From positions 1 to 64,000 of the IMG/VR virus record IMGVR_UViG_3300013004_000026: 64,000 bases of DNA; one strand, written 5' to 3'. Numbering within the stretch: position 1 is the stretch's first letter; the number at the start of each line of letters is the position of its first letter. The notes beneath the pieces were generated by a model that saw only the letters and a program-made list of their open reading frames with translations, searched no databases and was not told the DNA's origin. This DNA comes from a virus. Below, one piece after another: positions 1 to 8,125 of this stretch. The position numbers were made by a program, and so were the translations under genes.

Positions 1-491
1 ATGCCGTTGATCACACCTGCGGCCCAGAATGGGATCCACAACATTTGTATGCCCCATATTATGGCGCCAACCCAACCAAAGACGATGATGTTGAACAAAA
101 AGAGAATGCCAATGCCAAGTCTGGAGTGAGCACTGTATAAGTTGTGCTCAATCCAATCATCAGGAGTACCAGCACCGTATGAATTAACCATGACTTTATC
201 TTTTGACGCTGCATGATATAACAATGCTCCTTGTGTTACTACTTTGAAAATACCAAACACATGCGGTGAATGTGGATCACCGGCATGATCAGAATGTTGG
301 TGATGTTTGCGATGTATAGCCACCCACTGCTTGGTAACCATACCTGTGGTAAGCCATAACCAAAAACGCATGGCATGTGCTACCACCGGATGAAATGTCA
401 CTCCACGATGTGCCTGACTACGATGTAGATACAGTGTCACACAGGCTATAGTAATGTGTGTTGCAATCAGAGTGTATAGTATTTCAATCAA
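1..491 (-). CDS. Membrane fatty-acid (acyl-CoA delta-9-type) desaturase, 3' end beyond window
   Basis: Not in ORF track. Manual translation from TTG at 491: MIEILYTLIATHITIACVTLYLHRSQAHRG...WVAIHRKHHQHSDHAGDPHSPH...WIPFWAAGVING; His boxes HRSQAH and HRKHH plus DPHSP. Confidence 0.9.
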   Translation of the reverse strand, partial: MIEILYTLIATHITIACVTLYLHRSQAHRGVTFHPVVAHAMRFWLWLTTGMVTKQWVAIHRKHHQHSDHAGDPHSPHVFGIFKVVTQGALLYHAASKDKVMVNSYGAGTPDDWIEHNLYSAHSRLGIGILFLFNIIVFGWVGAIIWGIQMLWIPFWAAGVING

Positions 492-517
492 TGGAATTGT
501 TCTCTCTAGGTGTTTGT

Positions 518-1153
518 TTACTCGTAAGTGACTAAATCAGAATCACCTAGTCGCCATTTGGGATTTTGTTCTACTACATATTTTTTGGTGCAAACCTTGA
601 AGTCTGGAAACTTCATTTCTCGAGGATTACTTGCTGCATCAAAGAACAAACAACGATTATTAGGCTGCGCAGCGTATTGACCATTATCCAATTCTATAAA
701 GTTAAAACTTTTGTGATCTTCGGGCCATTCACTGTATCCCGTATCTATCAAGTTGTGATCTGGATGTGCATTGTCTACTGTAAACATGTAGTTGCCAGAA
801 TACATGTTTTTGTCTTTGGCATAGAATTGACAGCTGAGATTTCGTAAAAATGCTTTTTGAATGACTGCTATGTTGTAATCAAAGCAGTCCCAAATTTGCA
901 GTGTGTCTAAAGGTAAAAACAGTTTAGGGTCAAGATTCTCTGTGCGTGATACAAACGCATGGAGAGGTAGTTTGTCATAAAGTGCGCCATAGTTGGGTAA
1001 GTATGCCTCTATTCTAAATGCTTGTCCACGAATACTTTTAATTGATACCCATATACATGGTTCATATTCGCCGTGGCCTTTTTCAAAGTCATACAAAAAT
1101 TCTTTGCAAATATAACAGTGTACAGGGGGGATGTTAGCGACTAGAAAACTCAT
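518..1153 (-). CDS. Conserved phage hypothetical protein
   Basis: 211-aa ORF in gene run; no recognised catalytic motif. Confidence 0.75.
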   Translation of the reverse strand: MSFLVANIPPVHCYICKEFLYDFEKGHGEYEPCIWVSIKSIRGQAFRIEAYLPNYGALYDKLPLHAFVSRTENLDPKLFLPLDTLQIWDCFDYNIAVIQKAFLRNLSCQFYAKDKNMYSGNYMFTVDNAHPDHNLIDTGYSEWPEDHKSFNFIELDNGQYAAQPNNRCLFFDAASNPREMKFPDFKVCTKKYVVEQNPKWRLGDSDLVTYE

Positions 1154-1454
1154 GTTTGATCGATTTTATTTCTTTAAGGTCTTGTTTGGTTTCTTCTAAT
1201 AGTTTGGTAGCATGATCAATACTTAGCTGAAGATCCACCCACCAGGTCATTATATTTCTAAATGTGCGCACTATCCAAAGACACCAAAGCACAGAAAAAC
1301 TGGCCCCAGCTGCAATTACCAATTCTTTGCTCAGTGTGTATCCTGGCACATGTGTCACAATAGAATACACCGCAAGAAACACCAGCAAACTTATGCCTGC
1401 AACTTCCCACCAGACACACTGAGTTCTGGTTTGTTTAGGACAAGTTTTTTTCAT
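1134..1454 (-). CDS. Small membrane protein (2 TM + coiled-coil tail)
   Basis: Two hydrophobic stretches; ATGA overlap with dps stop. Confidence 0.65.
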   Translation of the reverse strand: MKKTCPKQTRTQCVWWEVAGISLLVFLAVYSIVTHVPGYTLSKELVIAAGASFSVLWCLWIVRTFRNIMTWWVDLQLSIDHATKLLEETKQDLKEIKSIKHEFSSR

Positions 1455-1888
1455 TGTGAGATTGTTGCTCTCAACATCCAGGAGTGTTTGCGATGTGCAT
1501 CCATGCGCTGTGCAACAAAATCTGCCAGACCTTCTTCGCCTAGTTCTGTTGCAATATCAAACACATATTTCAAAATTTTCACCATTTTATCACTATCGGC
1601 TAATAATTCTGCAACCATGTCGCCGTCGTCAGGGATACTGGTCTCATCTTCAATCTGACTCAACATACTGAATCTAGTGTAGCTGGCAGGAACAAAAGCC
1701 CCAGCACTGCGAATTTCTTCTGCAAAATGATCAATGCTGCCATACACTTCTTCGTAAATTTTTCCAAACAAGTCATGCAGTTGGCTAAAGAACGGGCCTG
1801 TCACATTCCAGTGATAGTTGTGAGCTTTTAGGTAAAAGCTAAACTCGCTTGCAAAAGCTATTTTTAATGCTTTGTGTAGTTGTTCCAT
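1451..1888 (-). CDS. dps: Dps / ferritin-like DNA protection protein
   Basis: KAHNYHWNVTGPFFSQLHDLF, DHFAEEIR, HRKHSWML Dps signatures. Confidence 0.92.
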   Translation of the reverse strand: MEQLHKALKIAFASEFSFYLKAHNYHWNVTGPFFSQLHDLFGKIYEEVYGSIDHFAEEIRSAGAFVPASYTRFSMLSQIEDETSIPDDGDMVAELLADSDKMVKILKYVFDIATELGEEGLADFVAQRMDAHRKHSWMLRATISQ

Positions 1889-1904
1889 TGTAATATCCTA
1901 ATAC

Positions 1905-2951
1905 TTAAGAGTCGTCTGCAGGTGCAGCTCTAGTGCCGCCACTGCCATATCTGAGATTTTCCGCCAACTCAGTTGACGACAATGATTGATCTTGACTAAG
2001 TCGACGCCATGTACTTGCTACTTTAATGTAAGTTTCGTCAAGTTCAACCCAAGTAGATTCATCTGTTTTGATATAGGCGTTGGTAACTGGCTTCCATACA
2101 CCATCTACTTTTACATAAGGCATGGCAACTGGCTCCAGTGATACAATCATATGCCCAGGAGTGCCACTTGTGCCACTTGCTGCAACTCTTCCTGATACTC
2201 CGCCAGTGGCAAAAGTGGGTGTTACTGTGTATCCATCAATCGCAGGAGGAGTTCTGCCACTGCCTGTATATGTGGTTGCGCTTACAACTGCTCCACCAAC
2301 AGAGGCTACAAAACTTGCACCAGTTCCACCAGCTAAAGCACCTTGGTCACCGCTGCGTAGTCCGCCAAACACTCCGCCAAACTTTCCGCCACCGCCGCCA
2401 CCACCGCCACCACCGTCTCCGTCTTTTCCTTGACCGTTTTGCCCAGTGCTACTGCTATTTGCACCAGTGGAAGGCGTTGCACTTGCATTTTCGCCTGGTG
2501 TAGTGCCAACATTGCCACCGCCACCGCCACCAGCGCCACCGGCTGCAATAGCAACTATGGTATCATTGAGCAACAGCACTGTTGCGCCGCCACCGCCACC
2601 GCCACTGCCGGAACTGCCTCTAGCTCCGCAAGGCCCGCCTGTGCCACCACCGTAACGATTGTTACTGGTATCAATGTAAGATTCACCTGCTGCGCCTCCT
2701 GCGGTGCGTTTACCACCGGTGCCTGCTGTGCCTTTATTACCAATACCAAATTCTAGTACATCTCCTGCAGAAAGATTAAGAACAATTTTAATTGCATTAC
2801 CGCAGGCTCCTGCACCACCTGCCCCAGGACTATCGTCACCGCCTGCACCACCACCTGCGCCCCATAGATAAATGGTAGCCTGTGGCTGGAACCCACTGGG
2901 TATTGTTATTCGTTGTGCGCGAGAAGCAAATGTGAAATTGTACAAAGGCAT
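1905..2951 (-). CDS. Glycine-rich virion protein, possible fibre-tip adhesin
   Basis: LWGAGGGAGG and poly-Gly runs; three C-terminal YVK/YIK-x4-5-W repeats. Confidence 0.6.
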   Translation of the reverse strand: MPLYNFTFASRAQRITIPSGFQPQATIYLWGAGGGAGGDDSPGAGGAGACGNAIKIVLNLSAGDVLEFGIGNKGTAGTGGKRTAGGAAGESYIDTSNNRYGGGTGGPCGARGSSGSGGGGGGATVLLLNDTIVAIAAGGAGGGGGGNVGTTPGENASATPSTGANSSSTGQNGQGKDGDGGGGGGGGGGKFGGVFGGLRSGDQGALAGGTGASFVASVGGAVVSATTYTGSGRTPPAIDGYTVTPTFATGGVSGRVAASGTSGTPGHMIVSLEPVAMPYVKVDGVWKPVTNAYIKTDESTWVELDETYIKVASTWRRLSQDQSLSSTELAENLRYGSGGTRAAPADDS

Positions 2952-2953
2952 GA

Positions 2954-3313
2954 TTATTTTTTCGCAGTTTTAGCAGCGTCCTTCCAGGCCTGTGCTGTGG
3001 GTGCTTTGGGATGATCTTTGTCTCTACTTGTGCCGGCCTTTTTGCGCTTGTTCACATTGTAGTACAGTCCTTTGTTTTCTTCTTCTATAGGCACGCAGTT
3101 GTTCACGCGAACATCGCCCTTCATTTTAGTACCTTGTTTTTTGTAACCAGTCCAGCACTTGGGGTCAAGACGCTGTTTGGCTTCATTTTTTACATCCAAT
3201 GCATCACCAACATCCATTGGCTCTAACCCGTGCTTGGGACAATCTGGATCCTTGTCGTTTGGCAAACAAGTACATTTATACTCCTTGCCTTCAAACAATT
3301 CGTATATAAACAT
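2954..3313 (-). CDS. Putative head-internal protein, modular and basic
   Basis: N-term MFIYELFE; short Cys/Lys-rich modules separated by Glu. Confidence 0.5.
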   Translation of the reverse strand: MFIYELFEGKEYKCTCLPNDKDPDCPKHGLEPMDVGDALDVKNEAKQRLDPKCWTGYKKQGTKMKGDVRVNNCVPIEEENKGLYYNVNKRKKAGTSRDKDHPKAPTAQAWKDAAKTAKK

Positions 3314-3981
3314 TATTGTGGTCCTTTTGTCATCATGCGTTTGAGATTGCTGGTTAGTCCTGCTGCTGCCTGATTATTTTTTAACATTGGTTCAATAGCA
3401 TTTACCACATGAGCAAGAGCTTCGGCGTCTGCGGCAGTAACATGTTGTGGATCTTTTTCAATCGCATCTACCGTTTTTTGAATGTTCAGTGTTGGATCTA
3501 AACTTTTTAAGCCTGTTATATTTTTTGTTAAGTCAGCTGACTGTTTCATTTTTTGCGCAGCTTGTTGACTTGTTGCTGGTTGTTGCTGGTTTTGTTGTGG
3601 TTGACCAGGTTGATCATTGGCTTTGCTGGCCAAACTAGATTTTTGATCATCCTGTGCTTGTAAAGCAGGATTGGTATTAGCAGTACCCATTCCTGGTGGA
3701 TTGATCTGTGCTACAGGACTATTAGGTTGATCTGAGTTGGTTTGGTTCTGTGCAAGATTACCAACTTCAAACATTTTATATTCTAACATAAGACTTTGGA
3801 CCAGGTCATCATCGTGGTCTTCTTTGCTTTCATTGGCGCCAACCAGGCGTCCTGCAAAAGGATGTTTTTTACTGTTGCTGCTTTTGGCCTTTTCATGGCC
3901 GCGTACCTGATCCCCAGGCTTTTGTTTTGGTTCGCCAGAAAATTTATCAATACTTTCTAACAGCTTGCGCATATTACTCAT
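3313..3981 (-). CDS. Putative head-internal protein
   Basis: N-term MSNMRKLLES; Q/N-rich low-complexity middle. Confidence 0.5.
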   Translation of the reverse strand: MSNMRKLLESIDKFSGEPKQKPGDQVRGHEKAKSSNSKKHPFAGRLVGANESKEDHDDDLVQSLMLEYKMFEVGNLAQNQTNSDQPNSPVAQINPPGMGTANTNPALQAQDDQKSSLASKANDQPGQPQQNQQQPATSQQAAQKMKQSADLTKNITGLKSLDPTLNIQKTVDAIEKDPQHVTAADAEALAHVVNAIEPMLKNNQAAAGLTSNLKRMMTKGPQ

Positions 3982-4157
3982 TTTTTCTTCCTTGTTTTTT
4001 TTGCCGGCTGTCGAAAAGGATTATCTCTTTGTTGATATTCTCCGCCAAACAAAGTGCCGGCACCTGGCTTAATAAAACTGGCCATGCCGCCGGCACTGGA
4101 ACTGCCACTGGTAGCAAATTCTTGCAACGGTCTAGAAACTATTTCTTTTATTTTCAT
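3978..4157 (-). CDS. Small hypothetical protein (59 aa), not in ORF track
   Basis: MKIKEIVSRPLQEFATSGSSSAGGMASF...KKTRKKK; TAAATA 5 nt upstream; ATGA overlap with next gene. Confidence 0.7.
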   Translation of the reverse strand: MKIKEIVSRPLQEFATSGSSSAGGMASFIKPGAGTLFGGEYQQRDNPFRQPAKKTRKKK

Positions 4158-4165
4158 TATAATAT

Positions 4166-4492
4166 TTACTCAAGTGAAAATTGTGCCTGGGATATGCCCA
4201 CAGTGTTAAGTTTAATATTTTTTAATGATATATCCAGCCAGCCACTTGGGTCCTGAACTGTTAATTTATAACTGCCGTGGTCAAGACTCAGATGGTGCGT
4301 TTCATATATAAAGAATGGATTAAAAATATCAAACATTCTATCACTCAGCAGTTCATTGCTAGGCTCCAGATAGATTCGATAAGGTACCTGTTTACCAAGG
4401 GCTCTCAGTCCTCTACCCATTGGATCCTTGAGCATTTTTTCTGTATTCAAAGTCCAATGCACTTCGTATTCTAATTTTATTGGCTGTTTCAT
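4166..4492 (-). CDS. Hypothetical protein
   Basis: 108-aa ORF, coupled to upstream gene by ATGA overlap. Confidence 0.65.
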   Translation of the reverse strand: MKQPIKLEYEVHWTLNTEKMLKDPMGRGLRALGKQVPYRIYLEPSNELLSDRMFDIFNPFFIYETHHLSLDHGSYKLTVQDPSGWLDISLKNIKLNTVGISQAQFSLE

Positions 4493-5658
4493 TTCTTGAA
4501 CGCCCTTGATCTTACACCACCACGACGCCTGATGTTTTCAAGCTCTTGATGTGCCAATTCAATTTCTTGCGCTATTGGATCAAGATTCATGCTTTTGAGT
4601 TTTTTGTGAATATGATCCCATAACGCTGCTCTGTCAAGATCTTGACCATTGCGTTCTAGCTCTGCTGCAAATTCTTTTACTCGACGAATCATGCTCAACT
4701 TCCAACTTCGTAGAGTCATTCTGCCCATGCCCACATCAGGAGCAAATTCGCTGTTGTAAGGGTCATCCTTATCATATTGATACATGCTTTCCTCTACATC
4801 ACTTTCAGCAAACGGGTCAAGTTTTTTCAATGAGCGGAATCTATTTTTCTTGTAGTTAAGATGCAGATTTTTATAACTGCCTTCATCAAACTCGTCTTCG
4901 GCCAATGGAGCATCATCAGCAGACACAGTATCCTTTTTGAGTTTTTTGGGCTTGACAGCAGGCACTTGCACAAGATCTTTTTTTGCATTTTTCATTTTAG
5001 CCGCGGGAGGCTCTACAGGTTCTAGGGCGCCATGTGGAATTTTGTCAAGTATGTGTCCTAGTTCTGGATCAGTGCGCCCGTACAGTTGTTGTAAAAATTC
5101 TTTGCGTTGTTCTGGGTTGTCACGCACCTGATTCCACAGTTCTCGAGTTTGAGTGCCGTGACTGGCGTCGTAATTCTTACCGCCTATGCTAATGCTTTGC
5201 GGATATTCGGGTGCAATGATTACATATCCGTGCTCGTCGGCTGTTTTGAAATCTTTGCTGTCATTGGGTACTGGTTGAAAAAAACCTGGGCTACCATCTT
5301 TTTTTACACGCCCTGGTTGAAGTCTTTTTTCGTCTGGTTGACCTACTGCGGTAATAAAAACTACTTGATCTTTGATTGGTTCAAATTGAGCAGGCAAATT
5401 ATACACATTGCTGCTTTCAATCACCTGGTTGTCAGGAACACCCATGGCATGCATGAAGCGTATTTTATCACTGAAGTTGAATGGACTTTTTACACCGTCA
5501 GTGTTATTACTGGTGATAATAAAAACATTGTCGCTGCCAAATTTGCGTTGCAGACTGGCAAAAACTTCACGGTGCCCTTTATGAAAAGGCTGAAAACGCC
5601 CAGGATATGTTACAACAATCCTTTTGGCTTTATTTTCAAACAGTTGCGCAATAAACAT
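4489..5658 (-). CDS. Cytidylyltransferase-like (HIGH-motif) nucleotidyltransferase with C-terminal extension
   Basis: YPGRFQPFHKGH, KSPFNFSDKI; N-term MFIAQLFE leader. Confidence 0.8.
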   Translation of the reverse strand: MFIAQLFENKAKRIVVTYPGRFQPFHKGHREVFASLQRKFGSDNVFIITSNNTDGVKSPFNFSDKIRFMHAMGVPDNQVIESSNVYNLPAQFEPIKDQVVFITAVGQPDEKRLQPGRVKKDGSPGFFQPVPNDSKDFKTADEHGYVIIAPEYPQSISIGGKNYDASHGTQTRELWNQVRDNPEQRKEFLQQLYGRTDPELGHILDKIPHGALEPVEPPAAKMKNAKKDLVQVPAVKPKKLKKDTVSADDAPLAEDEFDEGSYKNLHLNYKKNRFRSLKKLDPFAESDVEESMYQYDKDDPYNSEFAPDVGMGRMTLRSWKLSMIRRVKEFAAELERNGQDLDRAALWDHIHKKLKSMNLDPIAQEIELAHQELENIRRRGGVRSRAFKK

Positions 5659-5699
5659 AGTAATCTTTACTCTAGATCACTTATTTATGCTGATTTAGA

Positions 5700-6224
5700 C
5701 TACAGGCGTTCCAGTAACCAAATGTAAAAGGGTATGCTAAAACGCAGCTTGTACACACCATTGAACCCAAGATTTATACAGCGTTCCAATATCTCTAGTT
5801 CTGTTCCGTTGATTTGTGTAGGAGAATCAAGCTCATAGATTGACTCTTCGTAGATCAAATTACCAAGATCCATGCTGTCAATTTTGACTTTTTCAATGTT
5901 TAGTAACACATCTCTTGTGTAAGTACCGTCGTCATTGAACCCGCAGGTGTCAGTTGGGAGTTTGTTCTTGAGTCGTATGCCCAGCACATGTGATCCTGGG
6001 GCCAGATCCACACTAAATTTTTCAGTATGTAGAGTTTGCAGCACCTGGGCAGCAGTCATAAAATCCTGTTCTGGGATTCCTTTTTTGCTTGGAGGTGCTG
6101 CAATAACACTGTCGATCACAATCTGATCATTTATTAATATTTCAAATGCTGGATTACGATTACCCCAGTAGGTGCCACTTAGGGTAATCTCAAAATCTAG
6201 CTTTTGAATACTATCGTTGCTCAC
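5700..6224 (-). CDS. Hypothetical beta-rich protein (probable GTG start at 6224)
   Basis: ORF track 5700..6314 overlaps the upstream gene; GTG at 6224 gives a short overlap. Confidence 0.6.
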   Translation of the reverse strand: MSNDSIQKLDFEITLSGTYWGNRNPAFEILINDQIVIDSVIAAPPSKKGIPEQDFMTAAQVLQTLHTEKFSVDLAPGSHVLGIRLKNKLPTDTCGFNDDGTYTRDVLLNIEKVKIDSMDLGNLIYEESIYELDSPTQINGTELEILERCINLGFNGVYKLRFSIPFYIWLLERL

Positions 6225-7149
6225 TTGGTGTAGGATTGGTCTGAGCGTGGGCCTGTTGAGCCATAGTATTAATATCCAGTTTTGCAATGTCGCCCTGGAA
6301 TTCATAATGACCAATATGATTCAACAATGTTTTGCTGTGTGCCCAGATGTCGCCACCTAGTGCTTGCCAGCGACGGCAGAAAGTCCAGTCTTCGCTCAAA
6401 TAGTGACCACGATGATCAATTTCAGTATCAAAAATAGCGTACATCATGGGTTCGTACTGTTTGCCTAGTCCGATGTCGTCTACATATTTGGTTTCTGGGT
6501 GAGCCTTGATCAATTTCTCGTATACCTGTCGTTTGAACAACAAGAATCCAGTGCCCATGGTATCTACAGTGTAGATGTCACCTTGCACAGTAACCTGTGG
6601 TTTCAAATTAATAACATAGTTGATAGGCAGGCTTTTCTTAGGATACAAGCCGCCAATAACTTCTTTGTCATAGGCTATCATTTGCAAAATGCTTTCAGGC
6701 TGAAAGCGAATGTCTGCGTCAATGAACATAAAATGCGTGGCACTTTGATTGGTCATCATCTTGGCCATTAAGTTGTTGCGTCCACGAGGAATCAAACTTT
6801 CGTTGACCATTGTGTCCAAACTCCAGTTTAATCCAACTTGTTGTGCTAACAGCACAAAGCGTAGGAAACTGGTCATTGTAGGCTCACTGACCATACCACC
6901 GTAGCAAGGAATACCAATGTGTAAATGGCATTTTGAAAAATCAAAAGGTGTGCCTTGTTGTTGTGTAGTAGTTTGTTGTTGTTGAACTTTGGCAATTTCG
7001 TCCAGCACACGGCGTTGTTCAGCAGCACCAGGCACACCAGTCATTGGTTGACCAGGTGGGGTGCCGCCGTTGGGCGCAGCAGGTTGGGCCGTTGTAGGCC
7101 CAGGGATAACAATTTTTTTGCCCTTGTGGGGTGGGTTTTGATCTGACAT
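6211..7149 (-). CDS. GT-A fold glycosyltransferase (GT2-like)
   Basis: IGIPCYGG, NESLIPRGRN, FMFIDADI (DxD), GTGFLL, LSEDWTFC..W, H-x-G motifs. Confidence 0.8.
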   Translation of the reverse strand: MSDQNPPHKGKKIVIPGPTTAQPAAPNGGTPPGQPMTGVPGAAEQRRVLDEIAKVQQQQTTTQQQGTPFDFSKCHLHIGIPCYGGMVSEPTMTSFLRFVLLAQQVGLNWSLDTMVNESLIPRGRNNLMAKMMTNQSATHFMFIDADIRFQPESILQMIAYDKEVIGGLYPKKSLPINYVINLKPQVTVQGDIYTVDTMGTGFLLFKRQVYEKLIKAHPETKYVDDIGLGKQYEPMMYAIFDTEIDHRGHYLSEDWTFCRRWQALGGDIWAHSKTLLNHIGHYEFQGDIAKLDINTMAQQAHAQTNPTPSEQR

Positions 7150-7204
7150 TTAGGTCCTCTTTGAAAAACAGTTTTGTATTTACTTTGGCATTGCAGATGC
7201 CGTT

Positions 7205-7372
7205 TTATTTTGCTTCTTCAACTTCAACAATTACACCGTCACCTACTAGTTCTTGTGCTACTTGTTCTAATGCGATAGCTGTATCAGTAGTGATCAGTTG
7301 GGGCGTATTGCTGTTGTCCTTAACCAATTTACTTACTTTGATAATTAATATTTCTTCATGGATTGTGGCCAT
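7205..7372 (-). CDS. Small hypothetical protein (55 aa), not in ORF track
   Basis: MATIHEEILIIKVSKLVKD...LEQVAQELVGDGVIVEVEEAK; AGGAG RBS and TAAATA upstream. Confidence 0.75.
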   Translation of the reverse strand: MATIHEEILIIKVSKLVKDNSNTPQLITTDTAIALEQVAQELVGDGVIVEVEEAK

Positions 7373-7399
7373 TTTGGGCTCCTAACATAATATATGTAT

Positions 7400-8125
7400 T
7401 TATTTTGTGTTAGAGCTTATTCTAAATTCTTCTAGTCGACCAATCATGTTGGCATCTATCATGCTGAACATGGTAGCCATTTGTTTGTCTTTGACATAAA
7501 TGTATCCTCCCCAAATCCAGCCTCCTTTTTCCAATTGTTCCCAAAGATTCCGGGGAGCCTTAACTTCGTCGCCTAGTTGTAAAAGATAATTTTTTAAGTT
7601 TGTTTTTGACTCTGTATTGTACCGTCCGTCACGAATAACAATTCTATAGGGCCAATCAATCTTTTTCTTTTTGAGTACAAAGCCTTGCTTCAGAAGATCT
7701 GCATTTTGTTCAGATTCTGGACACATGAAACTTACAAAATGACTGTTGTCTGTGTGTCTTAACTTCAATGCAAGATCTTTTAGCACAGCAGCGTCAACGC
7801 TGTAGAATTGAATATGCGGGTCTTCGATTCTAACTTTTAAGTTGCCAGGGTGACTGAGATCATCTGCATAAACTATGTTCTTAATAAGTTTTAACAGTTG
7901 AACATCTTCATCGGTTAACTGTCTAGTTTGACGCCAACTGCCTCCATAGCTGTAGGCTCGTTGATTGTAATGTGTAATCTCATAATCTAGTCTCGAAAGA
8001 TCACGCAGTAATCTACTGCCAAAGCTCAACATGCTCAAACGGTACATGTACTGACCGTGGAGCAGTTTCTTAGCATCCAAGATTTGGATATTAGGATTTA
8101 ATGCCGTCCAGAACGATGTATCCAT
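7400..8125 (-). CDS. Hypothetical protein
   Basis: 241-aa ORF overlapping the clpA end. Confidence 0.7.
   Translation of the reverse strand: MDTSFWTALNPNIQILDAKKLLHGQYMYRLSMLSFGSRLLRDLSRLDYEITHYNQRAYSYGGSWRQTRQLTDEDVQLLKLIKNIVYADDLSHPGNLKVRIEDPHIQFYSVDAAVLKDLALKLRHTDNSHFVSFMCPESEQNADLLKQGFVLKKKKIDWPYRIVIRDGRYNTESKTNLKNYLLQLGDEVKAPRNLWEQLEKGGWIWGGYIYVKDKQMATMFSMIDANMIGRLEEFRISSNTK

Noticed and set aside
2380-2610. CCGCCA/CCACCG tandem microrepeats
   Set aside because: Simply encode poly-Gly runs in 1905..2951
7400-8125. Possible distant LKW-family membership (YVKDKQMATMFSM)
   Set aside because: Lacks the terminal L-K/R-W and is much longer; similarity too weak by eye
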